This document shows, piece by piece, positions 29,672 through 39,915 of a stretch of DNA of 64,000 bases. Every line of letters begins with the position of its first letter. The first letter of the stretch is position 1. Source of the stretch: Alphaproteobacteria bacterium (GTDB lineage Bacteria > Pseudomonadota > Alphaproteobacteria > CALKHQ01); assembly GCA_965227515.1 (NCBI GenBank), contig CBDDFZ010000001.1:2816001-2880000 (forward strand), written 5' to 3'. The position numbers and the translations under genes are program-made. A model generated the notes under the pieces. That model was not told where the DNA came from. It searched no databases and saw only the letters and a program-made list of their open reading frames with translations.

Positions 29672-31105
29672 TTACACGAACTGTCGGCGCACGACATTGC
29701 TCGCGTTGTCATCGTCGGGCTTGACGTTTGGCGCAAGCGGAATGCGCTCCAGAAGGTCGCGGACGTGCGCCAGCCGGGAGATGGCGCCCATGCCGGCCGC
29801 GTCCGACGGCGACGAGGCCGCCGCCCGGGCCGGCATCCAGGCCTGATCGAACCCCAGTTTCTGGGCTTCTTTAAGGCGCGTCTCGACCTGGCCGACCGGG
29901 CGGACCTGGCCGGAAAGCCCGATCTCGCCGAACACCACGGCGCCGGCCGGCAGCGGATGGTCGGCCATCGAAGACATCAGGGCGGCGGCGGCGGCGAGGT
30001 CGGCGGCGGGCTCCACCACACGCAAGCCCCCGGCGACGCTGAGATAGACATCGCGGCCGGCGAACGAGATGCCGCAGCGCGCCTCCAGCACCGCCAGCAC
30101 CATGGCGAGCCGGGCGCTGTCCCAGCCGACCACCGCGCGGCGTGGCGTCGCCATTGAAGAAGGTGCGACAAGTGCCTGGAATTCCACCAGAACCGGGCGA
30201 CTGCCCTCGATCCCCGGAAACACCGCCGTCCCGCTGACCGGCTCGTCGCGGTCGCCCAGGAACAGGGCGGAGGGGTTGGCCACCTCCATCAGCCCGCCGT
30301 CGGTCATCTCGAACACGCCGATCTCGTCGGCGGCGCCGAATCGGTTCTTCACCGCGCGCAGGATGCGGAACTGGTGGCCGCGGTCGCCCTCGAAGTAGAG
30401 CACGGTGTCGACCATGTGCTCCAGCACGCGGGGGCCGGCGATCTGGCCCTCCTTGGTGACATGGCCGACCAGGATCAGCACCATGCCGCGCCGCTTGGCG
30501 ACGCCGATCAGTTCGTGGGCGCAGGCGCGAACCTGCGCCACCGTACCTGGCGCCGACTCCAGCGCCGGCAGGAACATGGTCTGGATCGAATCGATCACCA
30601 TCACCGCCGGCGGTTGATCGGTATCGATGGCGCCGATGATGGTCTCGACATTGGTTTCGGCGGCCATCAGCACGTCGGCATCGGCGAGCCCCAAGCGATG
30701 GGCGCGCAGCCGCAACTGGTCGATCGCCTCTTCGCCCGAGACGTAGATGCAGGCGTGCCCGCCCTTGGCCAGTGCCGCGGTAGCCTGCAACAGCGCGGTG
30801 GACTTGCCGATGCCCGGGTCGCCGCCGATCAGGAGTGCTGAGCCCGGCACCAGTCCGCCGCCGCATGCGCGATCCAGTTCGGCGATGCCGATGCTCAGCC
30901 GATCCGGCACCGTGCCGCCGCCGGTCAGCGCGACGAGTGGCAGCGGGGCTGATTTCTTGCTTGAGGAACGCTTGCCAACCTGTTGCGATGGAACGGCTTC
31001 CTCGACAATGCTGTTCCACGCACCACAGCCGTCGCAGCGCCCGGCCCACTTGCCGAAGACGCTGCCGCAGTCCTGACAGACATACTGCGTGGTGCGGCGG
31101 GCCAC
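29672..31105 (-). CDS. radA: DNA repair protein RadA
   Basis: C4 Zn finger, GDPGIGKST and KNRFG. Confidence 0.98.
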   Translation of the reverse strand: MARRTTQYVCQDCGSVFGKWAGRCDGCGAWNSIVEEAVPSQQVGKRSSSKKSAPLPLVALTGGGTVPDRLSIGIAELDRACGGGLVPGSALLIGGDPGIGKSTALLQATAALAKGGHACIYVSGEEAIDQLRLRAHRLGLADADVLMAAETNVETIIGAIDTDQPPAVMVIDSIQTMFLPALESAPGTVAQVRACAHELIGVAKRRGMVLILVGHVTKEGQIAGPRVLEHMVDTVLYFEGDRGHQFRILRAVKNRFGAADEIGVFEMTDGGLMEVANPSALFLGDRDEPVSGTAVFPGIEGSRPVLVEFQALVAPSSMATPRRAVVGWDSARLAMVLAVLEARCGISFAGRDVYLSVAGGLRVVEPAADLAAAAALMSSMADHPLPAGAVVFGEIGLSGQVRPVGQVETRLKEAQKLGFDQAWMPARAAASSPSDAAGMGAISRLAHVRDLLERIPLAPNVKPDDDNASNVVRRQFV

Positions 31106-31162
31106 CTGTGCGGTCTCCCTAGCTAGCGCCGGCGCGCGCGGCGGATCCGGCCTTGTCTCGCG

Positions 31163-31954
31163 TCAACGGCGCAGTTCCATCTGGATCGGGCCCTCGGCGC
31201 GGCCGTGCACGAACTGGTCCACATAGGGGTTCGTCGCGCGGTCCACGTCGGCCACCGGGCCATGCCAGATGATCTCGCCATGATACAGCATCGCGATGCG
31301 GTCGGCGATCTTGCGCGCGCTCGCCATGTCGTGGGTGATGGAGAGCGCGGTCGCCCCCAATTCGCGCACGCATTTCACGATCAGGTCGTTGATGACGTCG
31401 CCCATGATCGGGTCGAGGCCCGTGGTCGGCTCGTCGAAGAAGATGATGTCGGGGTCGGTAGCGATGGCGCGCGCCAGGCCGACACGCTTTTGCATGCCGC
31501 CGGACAGCTCGGACGGATAGAGGTTGCCCACTTCCTCGGCCAGGCCCACCTGGGCCAGCTTGTCGATGGCGACGACATGGGCTTCCTTGCGCGACTTGCC
31601 ATGGCCCTGGACCAGCCCGAAGGCCACGTTCTCCCAGACCTTCAGGCTGTCGAACAACGCGCCGCCCTGGAACAGCATGCCGAACTTGCGCACCACCTCC
31701 TCGCGGTCGCCGCCGGACATGCCGACGACCTCTTGGCCGTCGATCTTGATCGAGCCCTTGTTGGCGTGCATCAGGCCGATGATGGTCTTGATCAGCACCG
31801 ACTTGCCGGTGCCCGACCCGCCGATGACCACCACCGATTCGCCGGGCATGATGTCCAGGTCCAGGCCGCGCAGCACCTGCTTCGTGCCGAAGCTCTTGTG
31901 CAGGCCCACAACGCTGATTTTGGGCGTCTTGCTGGTGTTGTCCGGTTGGCTCAT
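31163..31954 (-). CDS. mlaF: ABC transporter ATP-binding protein (MlaF-like)
   Basis: GGSGTGKS, LSGGMQKRV and FDEPTTGLDP; ATG overlaps the mlaE stop. Confidence 0.9.
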   Translation of the reverse strand: MSQPDNTSKTPKISVVGLHKSFGTKQVLRGLDLDIMPGESVVVIGGSGTGKSVLIKTIIGLMHANKGSIKIDGQEVVGMSGGDREEVVRKFGMLFQGGALFDSLKVWENVAFGLVQGHGKSRKEAHVVAIDKLAQVGLAEEVGNLYPSELSGGMQKRVGLARAIATDPDIIFFDEPTTGLDPIMGDVINDLIVKCVRELGATALSITHDMASARKIADRIAMLYHGEIIWHGPVADVDRATNPYVDQFVHGRAEGPIQMELRR

Positions 31955-32727
31955 CGCGCGAAGAACAGCTCGGTGATGATGTAGTTGAAGCACAGGATCA
32001 GGATCGACGCCGACACCACGGCGTTGGTTGTCGCGGCACCCACGCCCTGCGCGCCGCCGCGCGAATGATAGCCGTTGTAGCAGCCCATCAGCGCGACCAG
32101 GAACCCGAACACCGATGCCTTCACCAGGCCGGAGATCACATCCAGCGCGGACACGAAGTTGATCGTGTTGTGCAGGTAGGTGGCCGGGTTGAAATCGAGC
32201 TTGAAGACGCTGACCAGATAGCCGCCGAACACGCCGATGATGTCGGCCGTCAGCACCAGCAGCGGCAGCATGGTGAAGCCGGCGATCAGCCGGGGTGCGA
32301 CCAGGTACTTGTAGGGGTTGGTCGACAAGGTGGTCAGCGCGTCGATCTGCTCGGTCACCCGCATGGTGCCGATCTCCGCCGCCATGGCGGCGCCGATGCG
32401 CCCGGCGACCATCAGCCCGGCCAGCACCGGACCCAGTTCGCGGGTGATCGACAGCACCACCACGTTCGGGATCGCCGACTCGGCGGAGAAACGTGAGAAG
32501 CCGGTGTAGCTCTGCAGCGCCAGCACCATGCCGGTGAACACCGCGGTCAGCCCCACCACCGGCAGCGAGTAGTAGCCGATGTCGATCATCTGGCGCAGAA
32601 TCAGGCGCGGGAAGAACGGCGGCCGCACGCAATGGCTGATCGAGATGCCGGTGAAGATGGTCAGCCGGCCGATGATCGCCAGGAAGCGCAGGAAGACGCG
32701 CCCGATGGGTGCCAGCGGATTGATCAC
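31951..32727 (-). CDS. mlaE: MlaE family ABC permease
   Basis: RELGPVLAGLMVAGR...AEIGTMRVTEQIDAL. Confidence 0.93.
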   Translation of the reverse strand: MINPLAPIGRVFLRFLAIIGRLTIFTGISISHCVRPPFFPRLILRQMIDIGYYSLPVVGLTAVFTGMVLALQSYTGFSRFSAESAIPNVVVLSITRELGPVLAGLMVAGRIGAAMAAEIGTMRVTEQIDALTTLSTNPYKYLVAPRLIAGFTMLPLLVLTADIIGVFGGYLVSVFKLDFNPATYLHNTINFVSALDVISGLVKASVFGFLVALMGCYNGYHSRGGAQGVGAATTNAVVSASILILCFNYIITELFFAR

Positions 32728-33848
32728 GCCGCGCCCTCTTGCGCCGGTTCGTTGACGTAGCGCCGCTCGAACCGGCGGCCCAGCGACGTCAGCACCTCAT
32801 AGCCGATGGTGCCGGCATCGTCCGCGATCGCATCGACGGTCCGGTTCGGGCCGATGATCTCGACACGCGCGCCCGGGTGCACCAGTTCCGCCGGAACGTG
32901 TGTCGCGTCAACGCAGATCAGGTCCATGGAAACGCGGCCGACGACGGGCATGGGATGGCTGTCAAGGAATACCGTTGTGGTGTCGCCAAGGCTGCGAAAG
33001 AACCCGTCCGCATAGCCGATGGCAATGGTGGCCAGAGTTGCGGGGCCGCCAAATTGGCGCGCGGCACCATAGCCAACGCTCTCACCCCGGTCAACGCGGC
33101 GGACCTGCAGGATCGGCGCGTCGAGAGCGGCCACCTGGCGCATCGGATTGGGCGTGCCGGGCACCGGGTTGACGCCCCACAGCGCGGCACCCGGCCGGGC
33201 GAGGTCGAAGTGGTAGCCGGGCCCGAGAAAGATGCCGGACGAATTGGCGAAACTGGCGGGCAGCCGTTGCCCGGTCTGCGCCAACGCCTGCCGGAACCGG
33301 TCGAGCTGGGCCGCGTTCAGCGGATGATCGGGTGTGTCGGCGCAGGCGAGGTGGCTGAGCACGCCCTGGATGTTAAGGCCAGACAGGCGCTCGGGAGTCT
33401 GCCACAGCGCCGGCCAGTCGCGCATGGCGAAGCCGAGCCGGTTCATGCCGGTGTCGACATGGAGGAAAGCGGGCAGGGCGTCATTGTCGCTGCGCGCGGC
33501 CTGCCAGGCCTCGACGTCGCCGGTGTGATTGAGCACGGGAATTTGGTCTTGAGCGATCAGGTCGCCGGAATTCTGCGCGCGGGCGTTGGTGCCGCCGGGG
33601 CCGTTCAACACGCCGATGCGCGGTCCGGCGCCCAGGGCATCGCGCAGGGCCAAACCTTCCTCGGCCAACGCGACGAAGAAGGTACGGCAGCCGGCCGCCA
33701 TCAGCGCAGCACCCACGCGTGCCGCGCCCAGCCCATAGCCATCGGCCTTCACCACGGCGGCGCATTCGCCCGGCGCCACCCTTGCGGCCAGTGCGCGCCA
33801 GTTGGCCGCGACCGCGCCCAGGTCGACGGTCAGCCGCGCGCCGCTCAA
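32724..33848 (-). CDS. alr: Alanine racemase
   Basis: AVVKADGYG, DTGMNRLG and GRVSMD. Confidence 0.97.
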   Translation of the reverse strand: MSGARLTVDLGAVAANWRALAARVAPGECAAVVKADGYGLGAARVGAALMAAGCRTFFVALAEEGLALRDALGAGPRIGVLNGPGGTNARAQNSGDLIAQDQIPVLNHTGDVEAWQAARSDNDALPAFLHVDTGMNRLGFAMRDWPALWQTPERLSGLNIQGVLSHLACADTPDHPLNAAQLDRFRQALAQTGQRLPASFANSSGIFLGPGYHFDLARPGAALWGVNPVPGTPNPMRQVAALDAPILQVRRVDRGESVGYGAARQFGGPATLATIAIGYADGFFRSLGDTTTVFLDSHPMPVVGRVSMDLICVDATHVPAELVHPGARVEIIGPNRTVDAIADDAGTIGYEVLTSLGRRFERRYVNEPAQEGAA

Positions 33849-33858
33849 CGATGTGCGC

Positions 33859-35430
33859 TCAATGATGGGCGGGCAGGTGGCTGTCCTGCGCCAGATCGCC
33901 GAACTTCGCGTGCTGGCCGTCGAAGCGCAGGCGCGCGGTGCCGATGGGGCCGTGGCGCTGCTTGGCGATGATCACTTCGGCGGTGTCGTAGACCTCCTCG
34001 CAGCGCGCCTTCCAGCGGTCGTGGCGGTCGTTGTACTTCTCCAGCGACTCCTCGGCGCGCTGGGTCGGCTCCGCGCGCTCCAGATAATACTGCTCGCGAT
34101 ACACGAACATCACCACGTCGGCGTCCTGCTCGATCGAGCCCGATTCGCGCAGGTCGGCAAGCTGAGGGCGCTTGTCCTCGCGCTGCTCGACCGCACGGCT
34201 GAGCTGTGACAACGCCACCACCGGCACGTTAAGTTCCTTGGCTAATGCCTTGAGGCCACGCGTCATTTCACTGATCTCCAGCACGCGGTTCTCGCTGCGC
34301 CGGCCGGGCGGGCTGCCGAGCAATTGCAGGTAGTCGACAACGATGAGGCCGAGCCCATGGGTGCGCTTCATGCGCCGGGCGCGGGTGCGCAGTTGCGGCA
34401 CCGAGATTGCCGGCGTGTCGTCGATGAAGAGCGGCGTGCGGGCCAGTTTCTGGCTCGCCAGCACCAGCTTCTCGAACTGGGCGGTCGACATCTCGCCGCG
34501 CCTCAGCTTCTCCGACGACACCCCCACCCACTCCGACAGGATGCGGGTGGCCAGTTGCTCGGCGGACATCTCCAGCGAGAAGAAGGCGACCGGGTCCAGG
34601 CGCTCGACCTCGTTGCCTTCCTCGTCGACTTCCACCCGGCGCGCGCTGGCGGCGCTGAACGCGATGTTGGTGGCGAGCGCCGTTTTACCCATGGACGGGC
34701 GACCAGCGAGGATGATCAGGTCGGAGGCATGCATGCCGCCCAGTTTGGCGTCCAGGTCGGTCAGCCCGGTCGGCATGCCGGCGGAATGGCCGTCGCGGCG
34801 GTGCGCCGCCTCCGCCATCTTGATCGCCTCGGTCATCGCATGCTGGAAGTCGATCAGCCCACGGTCGACCTGGCCGACGGTCGCGAGATCGAACAGCTTC
34901 TGCTCGGCGACCTCGATCTGGTCGTTGGCGTGCAGGTTGAGGTCGAAGCTGTAGGCGTCGTTGACCACGGTCTCGCCGAGGTCGATCAGCTCCCGCCGCA
35001 GGTAGAGGTCGTGAATGACCCTGGCGTAGTGGCCGGCGTTGATGACCGAGGTGACCGAGCCCGCCAACTGCGACAGGAACCGCGCGCCGCCGACTTCGGA
35101 GAGCGCGTCGTCCTGGTCGAACAGGTTCTTCAGCGTCACCGGGTTGGCGAGCTGGCCCGCATTCACCAGTTGGCCGATGGCATCGTAGATGCGGCCGTGG
35201 GCCGGGTCGGCGAAATGATCCGGCAGCAGGAAGTCGGCCACCCGCTCATAGGCGCGGTTGTTGGCCAAGAGGGCGCCGAGCAGCGCCATCTCCGCATCCA
35301 GATTGTGCGGCGGCGTGCGCAGCGCATTGGGCGCGATGAAACCGGCCGACGACGGGGACGACGTGTCATCGCGGGGATGCTCGTCGCGGGGGGATCCGTC
35401 GCCGCCGAACTCGGTTCGGTCCGTATCCAT
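33859..35430 (-). CDS. dnaB: Replicative DNA helicase
   Basis: GRPSMGKT, DYLQL and LRESGSIEQDAD. Confidence 0.98.
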   Translation of the reverse strand: MDTDRTEFGGDGSPRDEHPRDDTSSPSSAGFIAPNALRTPPHNLDAEMALLGALLANNRAYERVADFLLPDHFADPAHGRIYDAIGQLVNAGQLANPVTLKNLFDQDDALSEVGGARFLSQLAGSVTSVINAGHYARVIHDLYLRRELIDLGETVVNDAYSFDLNLHANDQIEVAEQKLFDLATVGQVDRGLIDFQHAMTEAIKMAEAAHRRDGHSAGMPTGLTDLDAKLGGMHASDLIILAGRPSMGKTALATNIAFSAASARRVEVDEEGNEVERLDPVAFFSLEMSAEQLATRILSEWVGVSSEKLRRGEMSTAQFEKLVLASQKLARTPLFIDDTPAISVPQLRTRARRMKRTHGLGLIVVDYLQLLGSPPGRRSENRVLEISEMTRGLKALAKELNVPVVALSQLSRAVEQREDKRPQLADLRESGSIEQDADVVMFVYREQYYLERAEPTQRAEESLEKYNDRHDRWKARCEEVYDTAEVIIAKQRHGPIGTARLRFDGQHAKFGDLAQDSHLPAHH

Positions 35431-35476
35431 GGGCGCAACCTAACAAACCGACTCGGCGCGCAGGAACGCTCCAGGC

Positions 35477-35504
35477 TGTGGATAACTAAATGCAGCGTGG
35501 ACAA
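35477..35504. promoter_or_regulatory. DnaA boxes upstream of dnaB
   Basis: TGTGGATAA (perfect TTATCCACA on minus) at 35477 and degenerate CGTGGACAA at 35496. Confidence 0.7.
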
Positions 35505-35638
35505 ACGAGGTTATGCAGCCGGACCAATGGCTTGCGATTCGCTAACGGCCGCTGTTGCGGTTGTGTTGCAGCAATATTGCACAACATCCGGGATGACGCG
35601 CGTTCCTGCTCGTCCGGCGCAGGACGGCGGCCCGGCGA

Positions 35639-36886
35639 CTACTCCGCGGCGTGACGGGTGTGCTGTTGAGGCGATGCCCCGTCGCGCATCTCCCGCTCGG
35701 TGTCGGTGATGTAGTCGCGGGTCAGCGGGGCCGCCTCGGGGCGCTTGGCGAGCTGGATCTGGAACACCATCTGGCCCATGTGGCGGAAGCTCATCTCGCA
35801 GCCGACCAGATAGAACTCCCACATCCGGCAGAACTGCTCGTCATAGAGCTCGACGACCTGGTCGCGGTTGGCCATGAACCGCCGATGCCAGTGCTTCAGG
35901 GTCTCGGCATAGTGCAGGCGCAGGATCTCGATGTCGGTCACCCACAGGCCGGCATCCTCGATGGCGGCGAGCGTTTCCGACAGGGCGGGGGTGTAGCCGC
36001 CAGGGAAGATGTACTTGCGCAGCCAAGGGTTGGTGGTGCCGGGCGGCTCCATGCGGCCGATGGAATGCAGCAGGCAGACCCCGTCGTCGGCCAGCAACGA
36101 CTTCACCTTGCCGAAGAACTCGCGGTAGTGGCCGACGCCGACATGCTCGAACATGCCGACCGACACGATGCGGTCGAAGGTGCCGGTCTGGTTGCGGTAG
36201 TCGCGCAGGTGGAACGACACCCGGTCGTCCATGCCCTCGCTCACCGCGCGGGCGGAGCTGTAGCCGTGCTGTTCGGTCGACAGGGTGACGCCGGTCACCT
36301 CGGCGCCGCTCTCGCGGGCCAGGAACAGGCCGAGCCCGCCCCAGCCGGACCCGATGTCCAGCACCTTGTGCTCCGGTTGCAGCAGCAGCTTGGCCGCGAT
36401 GTGCTGCTTCTTGTTGAGCTGCGCCGTCTCCAGGTCGACATTGTCGTTCAGGAAGTAGCCACAGGAATACTGCCGGTCGCGATCCAGGAACAGGTCGTAC
36501 AGCCGGTCGGACAGATCGTAGTGGTGGGCCACGTTCTTGCGCGCCCTGGACAGCGGATTGTGCTGGCTGATCCGGCGCATGGCGCGGGCCAGCGTGTTGC
36601 CGACCTTCTGCAGCGGGTGGTTGGAGAAGCGGCCGATATTGGCGCACAGCACGTCCAACAGGTCGTGCAAGGTGCTGTCTTCCAGGGTCAGGCTGCCGTC
36701 GGTATAGGCCTCGCCGAAATAGAGCTGCGGGCGGTAGAACAGGCGGCGGTGCAGCCGCTTGTCGTGCAGCCTCATTATGGCGTGCGGCGTCTCGTCGGTG
36801 CCGAACACGTGGGTCCGCCCGTTGGCGTCGATCATCGTCAGGCGGCCGACCTTGATCAGGTCGCTCAGAAGGTGGGCTAACAACAT
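35639..36886 (-). CDS. cfa: Cyclopropane-fatty-acyl-phospholipid synthase family methyltransferase
   Basis: HHYDLS, QYSCGYF, LDIGSGWGG and KYIFPGG. Confidence 0.93.
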   Translation of the reverse strand: MLLAHLLSDLIKVGRLTMIDANGRTHVFGTDETPHAIMRLHDKRLHRRLFYRPQLYFGEAYTDGSLTLEDSTLHDLLDVLCANIGRFSNHPLQKVGNTLARAMRRISQHNPLSRARKNVAHHYDLSDRLYDLFLDRDRQYSCGYFLNDNVDLETAQLNKKQHIAAKLLLQPEHKVLDIGSGWGGLGLFLARESGAEVTGVTLSTEQHGYSSARAVSEGMDDRVSFHLRDYRNQTGTFDRIVSVGMFEHVGVGHYREFFGKVKSLLADDGVCLLHSIGRMEPPGTTNPWLRKYIFPGGYTPALSETLAAIEDAGLWVTDIEILRLHYAETLKHWHRRFMANRDQVVELYDEQFCRMWEFYLVGCEMSFRHMGQMVFQIQLAKRPEAAPLTRDYITDTEREMRDGASPQQHTRHAAE

Positions 36887-37016
36887 GGCCGTAACTCGCC
36901 GTGCCTATCGCTTAGTCTGCGTTCGTTCCCAATTTTGCCACGTCGCGCGGCGCATGCAAGAGGCAGGGCGCGGAGTCGCGCGCCACGGGCCCATTTGATG
37001 GCTGCGCCCCGGGCAT

Positions 37017-37065
37017 AAAAAGAAACGCCCCGGCGGTTGTCGAGACCACTGGGGCGTTCCAAAAA
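37017..37065 (-). terminator. Rho-independent terminator after rplI
   Basis: AACGCCCCGGCGGT...ACCACTGGGGCGTT hairpin with the A-tract on its left (U-tract on minus). Confidence 0.8.
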
Positions 37066-37111
37066 TCTATCGGGCGCGGGCCATTAGACCCGCTGGACGG
37101 CAGGCCAGGCG

Positions 37112-37765
37112 CTAGGCCTCGGGCTTGTCCTCGTCGTCGGCGACCTCGGTCTCCGCGGGGGCGTCCTCGCCTTCGATCAGCGCGGCGGTCTCTTCCACCG
37201 GCTGCGGCTCTTCGACGCCTTCTTCCAGCAGCTCGGCGACGTCGACCTCTTCCTCGTCGTCCTCTTCCTCAAGACCGATCACCGCGCCGCCACGCTCCAG
37301 TTGCATGGCAGCCTCTTCCTCGGTCCGCGCGACATTGCCGGTGATCTCCACCGAGACCTCGGGATGCAACACGATCCTGATCGGGTGCAGGCCCAACGCC
37401 TTGATCGGCCGGTCCAGCACGACCTGCGAACGGTCGATGGTGACGCCGCCGTCGTCGCTCAGGGTGGTGGCCACGTCACGCGCCGACACCGAGCCGTAGA
37501 GCTGCCCGTTCTCGCCGGCCTGGCGGACCAGGGTGATGACGGTGCCTTCCACCTTCTCCGCGACGCTCTCGGCCTCCTGGCGGCGCTCCAGGTTCACGGC
37601 CTCAAGCTGCGCCTTCTGGTTCTCGAAGACGGCGAGGTTCTGCTTGGTTGCCCGCATCGCCTTCTGCTTCGGCAGCAGGAAATTGCGCGCATAGCCGGGC
37701 TTGACGGTGACGACGTCGCCCATCTGGCCCAGTCGCTCGATCCGTTCGAGCAGGATGACTTGCAT
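37112..37765 (-). CDS. rplI: 50S ribosomal protein L9
   Basis: VKPGYARNFLLP and GQLYGSV; acidic tail. Confidence 0.98.
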   Translation of the reverse strand: MQVILLERIERLGQMGDVVTVKPGYARNFLLPKQKAMRATKQNLAVFENQKAQLEAVNLERRQEAESVAEKVEGTVITLVRQAGENGQLYGSVSARDVATTLSDDGGVTIDRSQVVLDRPIKALGLHPIRIVLHPEVSVEITGNVARTEEEAAMQLERGGAVIGLEEEDDEEEVDVAELLEEGVEEPQPVEETAALIEGEDAPAETEVADDEDKPEA

Positions 37766-37818
37766 GGATCTGAACTCCCGGCCGGCCGTCCTTGTGACGC
37801 CGGCGCTCTCTCAAACGG

Positions 37819-38079
37819 CTACTTCAGGACGTACGGCAGCAGCGACAGGAACCGCGCCCGCTTGATGGCAATCGCCAGCCGGCGCTGCTTCTTCGCGGAT
37901 ACGCCGGTGATCCGGCTCGGCACGATCTTGCCGCGCTCCGAAATAAAGCGCTGCAGCGTGCGCACATCCTTGTAGTCGATCTTCAGACCGTTCGGCCCGC
38001 TGAACGGGCAGGTCTTGCGGCGGCGGAAAAACGGCCGGCGGCCACCGCCGCCCGACGACCGGCGCGGTGCCTGGCTCAT
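37819..38079 (-). CDS. rpsR: 30S ribosomal protein S18
   Basis: IDYKD and [14 protein letters not shown]. Confidence 0.98.
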   Translation of the reverse strand: MSQAPRRSSGGGGRRPFFRRRKTCPFSGPNGLKIDYKDVRTLQRFISERGKIVPSRITGVSAKKQRRLAIAIKRARFLSLLPYVLK

Positions 38080-38624
38080 GATTCTGCCTCATTGCTGGTG
38101 GTGGTTTCGGAAGCGGTGCTCTCGGATGCAGTGCTGGCGGATGCAGTGCTGGCGGATGCGCCGCTGTCGGCGTCCTCGCCCGCAGCGCGGCGCGGGCGGT
38201 CCCGATCGCCGCGATCGCCCCGGTCTCCGCGATCCCGGTCACGACCGCCCCGGTCGCCCCGGTCACCGCGATCGCGGTCCCCACGGCGGCCACCGCGCTC
38301 GTTCTTGTTCTGCATCACGATGGACGGGCCTTCCTCCAGCTCGTCGACCTTCAGGGTCAACTGGCGCAGCACATCCTCGTTCAGGCGCATGTTGCGCTCC
38401 ATCTCCGCCACCGCCGGGTGCGGGGCGTCCAGATGCAGCATCACATAGTGGCCCTTGCGGTTCTTCTTGATCCGGTACGACAGGTTGCGCAGACCCCAAT
38501 ATTCGGTCTTCGCGACAGACCCGCCGCCGGTGGTGATGATTTCGCTGAAGCTCTCGACCAATCCGTCAACCTGACCGGAAGAGATATCCTGGCGTGCGAT
38601 GAACACGCACTCGTACAAAGCCAA
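38076..38624 (-). CDS. rpsF: 30S ribosomal protein S6 with long low-complexity tail
   Basis: [11 protein letters not shown] and [20 protein letters not shown]; TTG start. Confidence 0.97.
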   Translation of the reverse strand: MALYECVFIARQDISSGQVDGLVESFSEIITTGGGSVAKTEYWGLRNLSYRIKKNRKGHYVMLHLDAPHPAVAEMERNMRLNEDVLRQLTLKVDELEEGPSIVMQNKNERGGRRGDRDRGDRGDRGGRDRDRGDRGDRGDRDRPRRAAGEDADSGASASTASASTASESTASETTTSNEAES

Positions 38625-38889
38625 GTCTGAGACTCCCTATGGCTGATTTGGCGCAGCCGGTACCAAACCCTCGGCACCACGCAAAGCTGCGCCCAGCCGA
38701 CAAGCTTCGCTTGCCGGCAAGGAGCGATGAAGGCGCGGATAATACGCATCGCGCCCGGCCGTGCAAGCGCAATCGCGCCGCCGGAGCGAATTCGCGCGGG
38801 GCATCGCTTGACACTCTGGAACGCCAGCGCCATCAAGGCGCGTCCCGCCGGCCGCGCCGCCGTCATTCGCCATCCCCGAGGAACCCGTC

Positions 38890-39840
38890 ATGTCAGTCGC
38901 TTTCGTCTTTCCCGGCCAGGGCTCGCAGAAGGTCGGCATGGCCGGCGCTCTCGCTGACGCCTATCCGGCCGCGCGGGCGGTGTTCGAGGAGGTGGACGGC
39001 GCCTTGAACCAGAAGCTGTTCGCGCTGATCGAGGATGGGCCCGAGGACGAGTTGACCCTGACCGAGAACGCGCAGCCGGCACTGATGGCGGTCAGCATGG
39101 CGGCGCTCGCCGCCTTGCGCTCGGAAGGCGGCGACACGGCGACCGACGCGGCAGCCTTCGTCGCGGGCCATTCGCTTGGCGAGTATTCCGCGCTGTGTGC
39201 CGCCGGCGCGCTCAGCATCGGCGATGCGGCGCGCCTGTTGAAGCGGCGCGGCCAGGCCATGCAGCAGGCGGTGCCGGTGGGCGCCGGCGGCATGGCGGCC
39301 GTGCTGGGCCTCGATCTGGATGCGGTGCGCGCGATCGCCGCCGACGCCGCGGAGGGCGAGGTCTGCGCCGCCGCCAACGACAACGCGCCGGGGCAGGTGG
39401 TGATCAGCGGCGCCAAGGCCGCGGTGCAGCGGGCATCTGCCCTGGCCAAGGAGCGCGGGGCCAAGCGGGCGGTCGACCTGCCGGTCTCCGCGCCGTTCCA
39501 TTGCAGCCTGATGGCGCCGGCCGCAGAGGTGATGGCCCAGGCGCTGGCTGAGGTCGACCTGCGCGCTCCGCAACCGCCGCTGGTGGCCAACGTCACCGCC
39601 GCCGCGGTCGACGACGCCGACGAGGTGCGCCGGCTGCTGGTGGCGCAGGTGACGGGTACGGTGCGCTGGCGCGAATCCATGATCTGGCTGGCTGACAACG
39701 GGGTGACCGCCCTCTATGAGATCGGCGCCGGCAATGTGCTCAGCGGCTTGGCGCGTCGGATCGACGGTAGGCTGCAGGCGACGCCGGTCGGCACGCCGGA
39801 TGCGGTGGTGGCGGCCGCGGCGGCGCTCGCGGGGGCCTGA
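38890..39840 (+). CDS. fabD: ACP S-malonyltransferase
   Basis: FPGQGSQ, GHSLGE and VSAPFH. Confidence 0.98.
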   Translation: MSVAFVFPGQGSQKVGMAGALADAYPAARAVFEEVDGALNQKLFALIEDGPEDELTLTENAQPALMAVSMAALAALRSEGGDTATDAAAFVAGHSLGEYSALCAAGALSIGDAARLLKRRGQAMQQAVPVGAGGMAAVLGLDLDAVRAIAADAAEGEVCAAANDNAPGQVVISGAKAAVQRASALAKERGAKRAVDLPVSAPFHCSLMAPAAEVMAQALAEVDLRAPQPPLVANVTAAAVDDADEVRRLLVAQVTGTVRWRESMIWLADNGVTALYEIGAGNVLSGLARRIDGRLQATPVGTPDAVVAAAAALAGA

Positions 39841-39915
39841 AGCACAACTGCATCACAACGACACAAGGTCGGAAGCGACAACGCCGGCGCATATGACCGG
39901 CGGGAGGAGGGGCGA

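Noticed and set aside
31163-32727. mlaE-mlaF without mlaD as an anomaly
   Set aside because: alr-mlaE-mlaF-radA is a usual alphaproteobacterial arrangement
35477-35504. Replication origin
   Set aside because: Only two DnaA boxes, no extended AT-rich unwinding element, and no origin-type gene context
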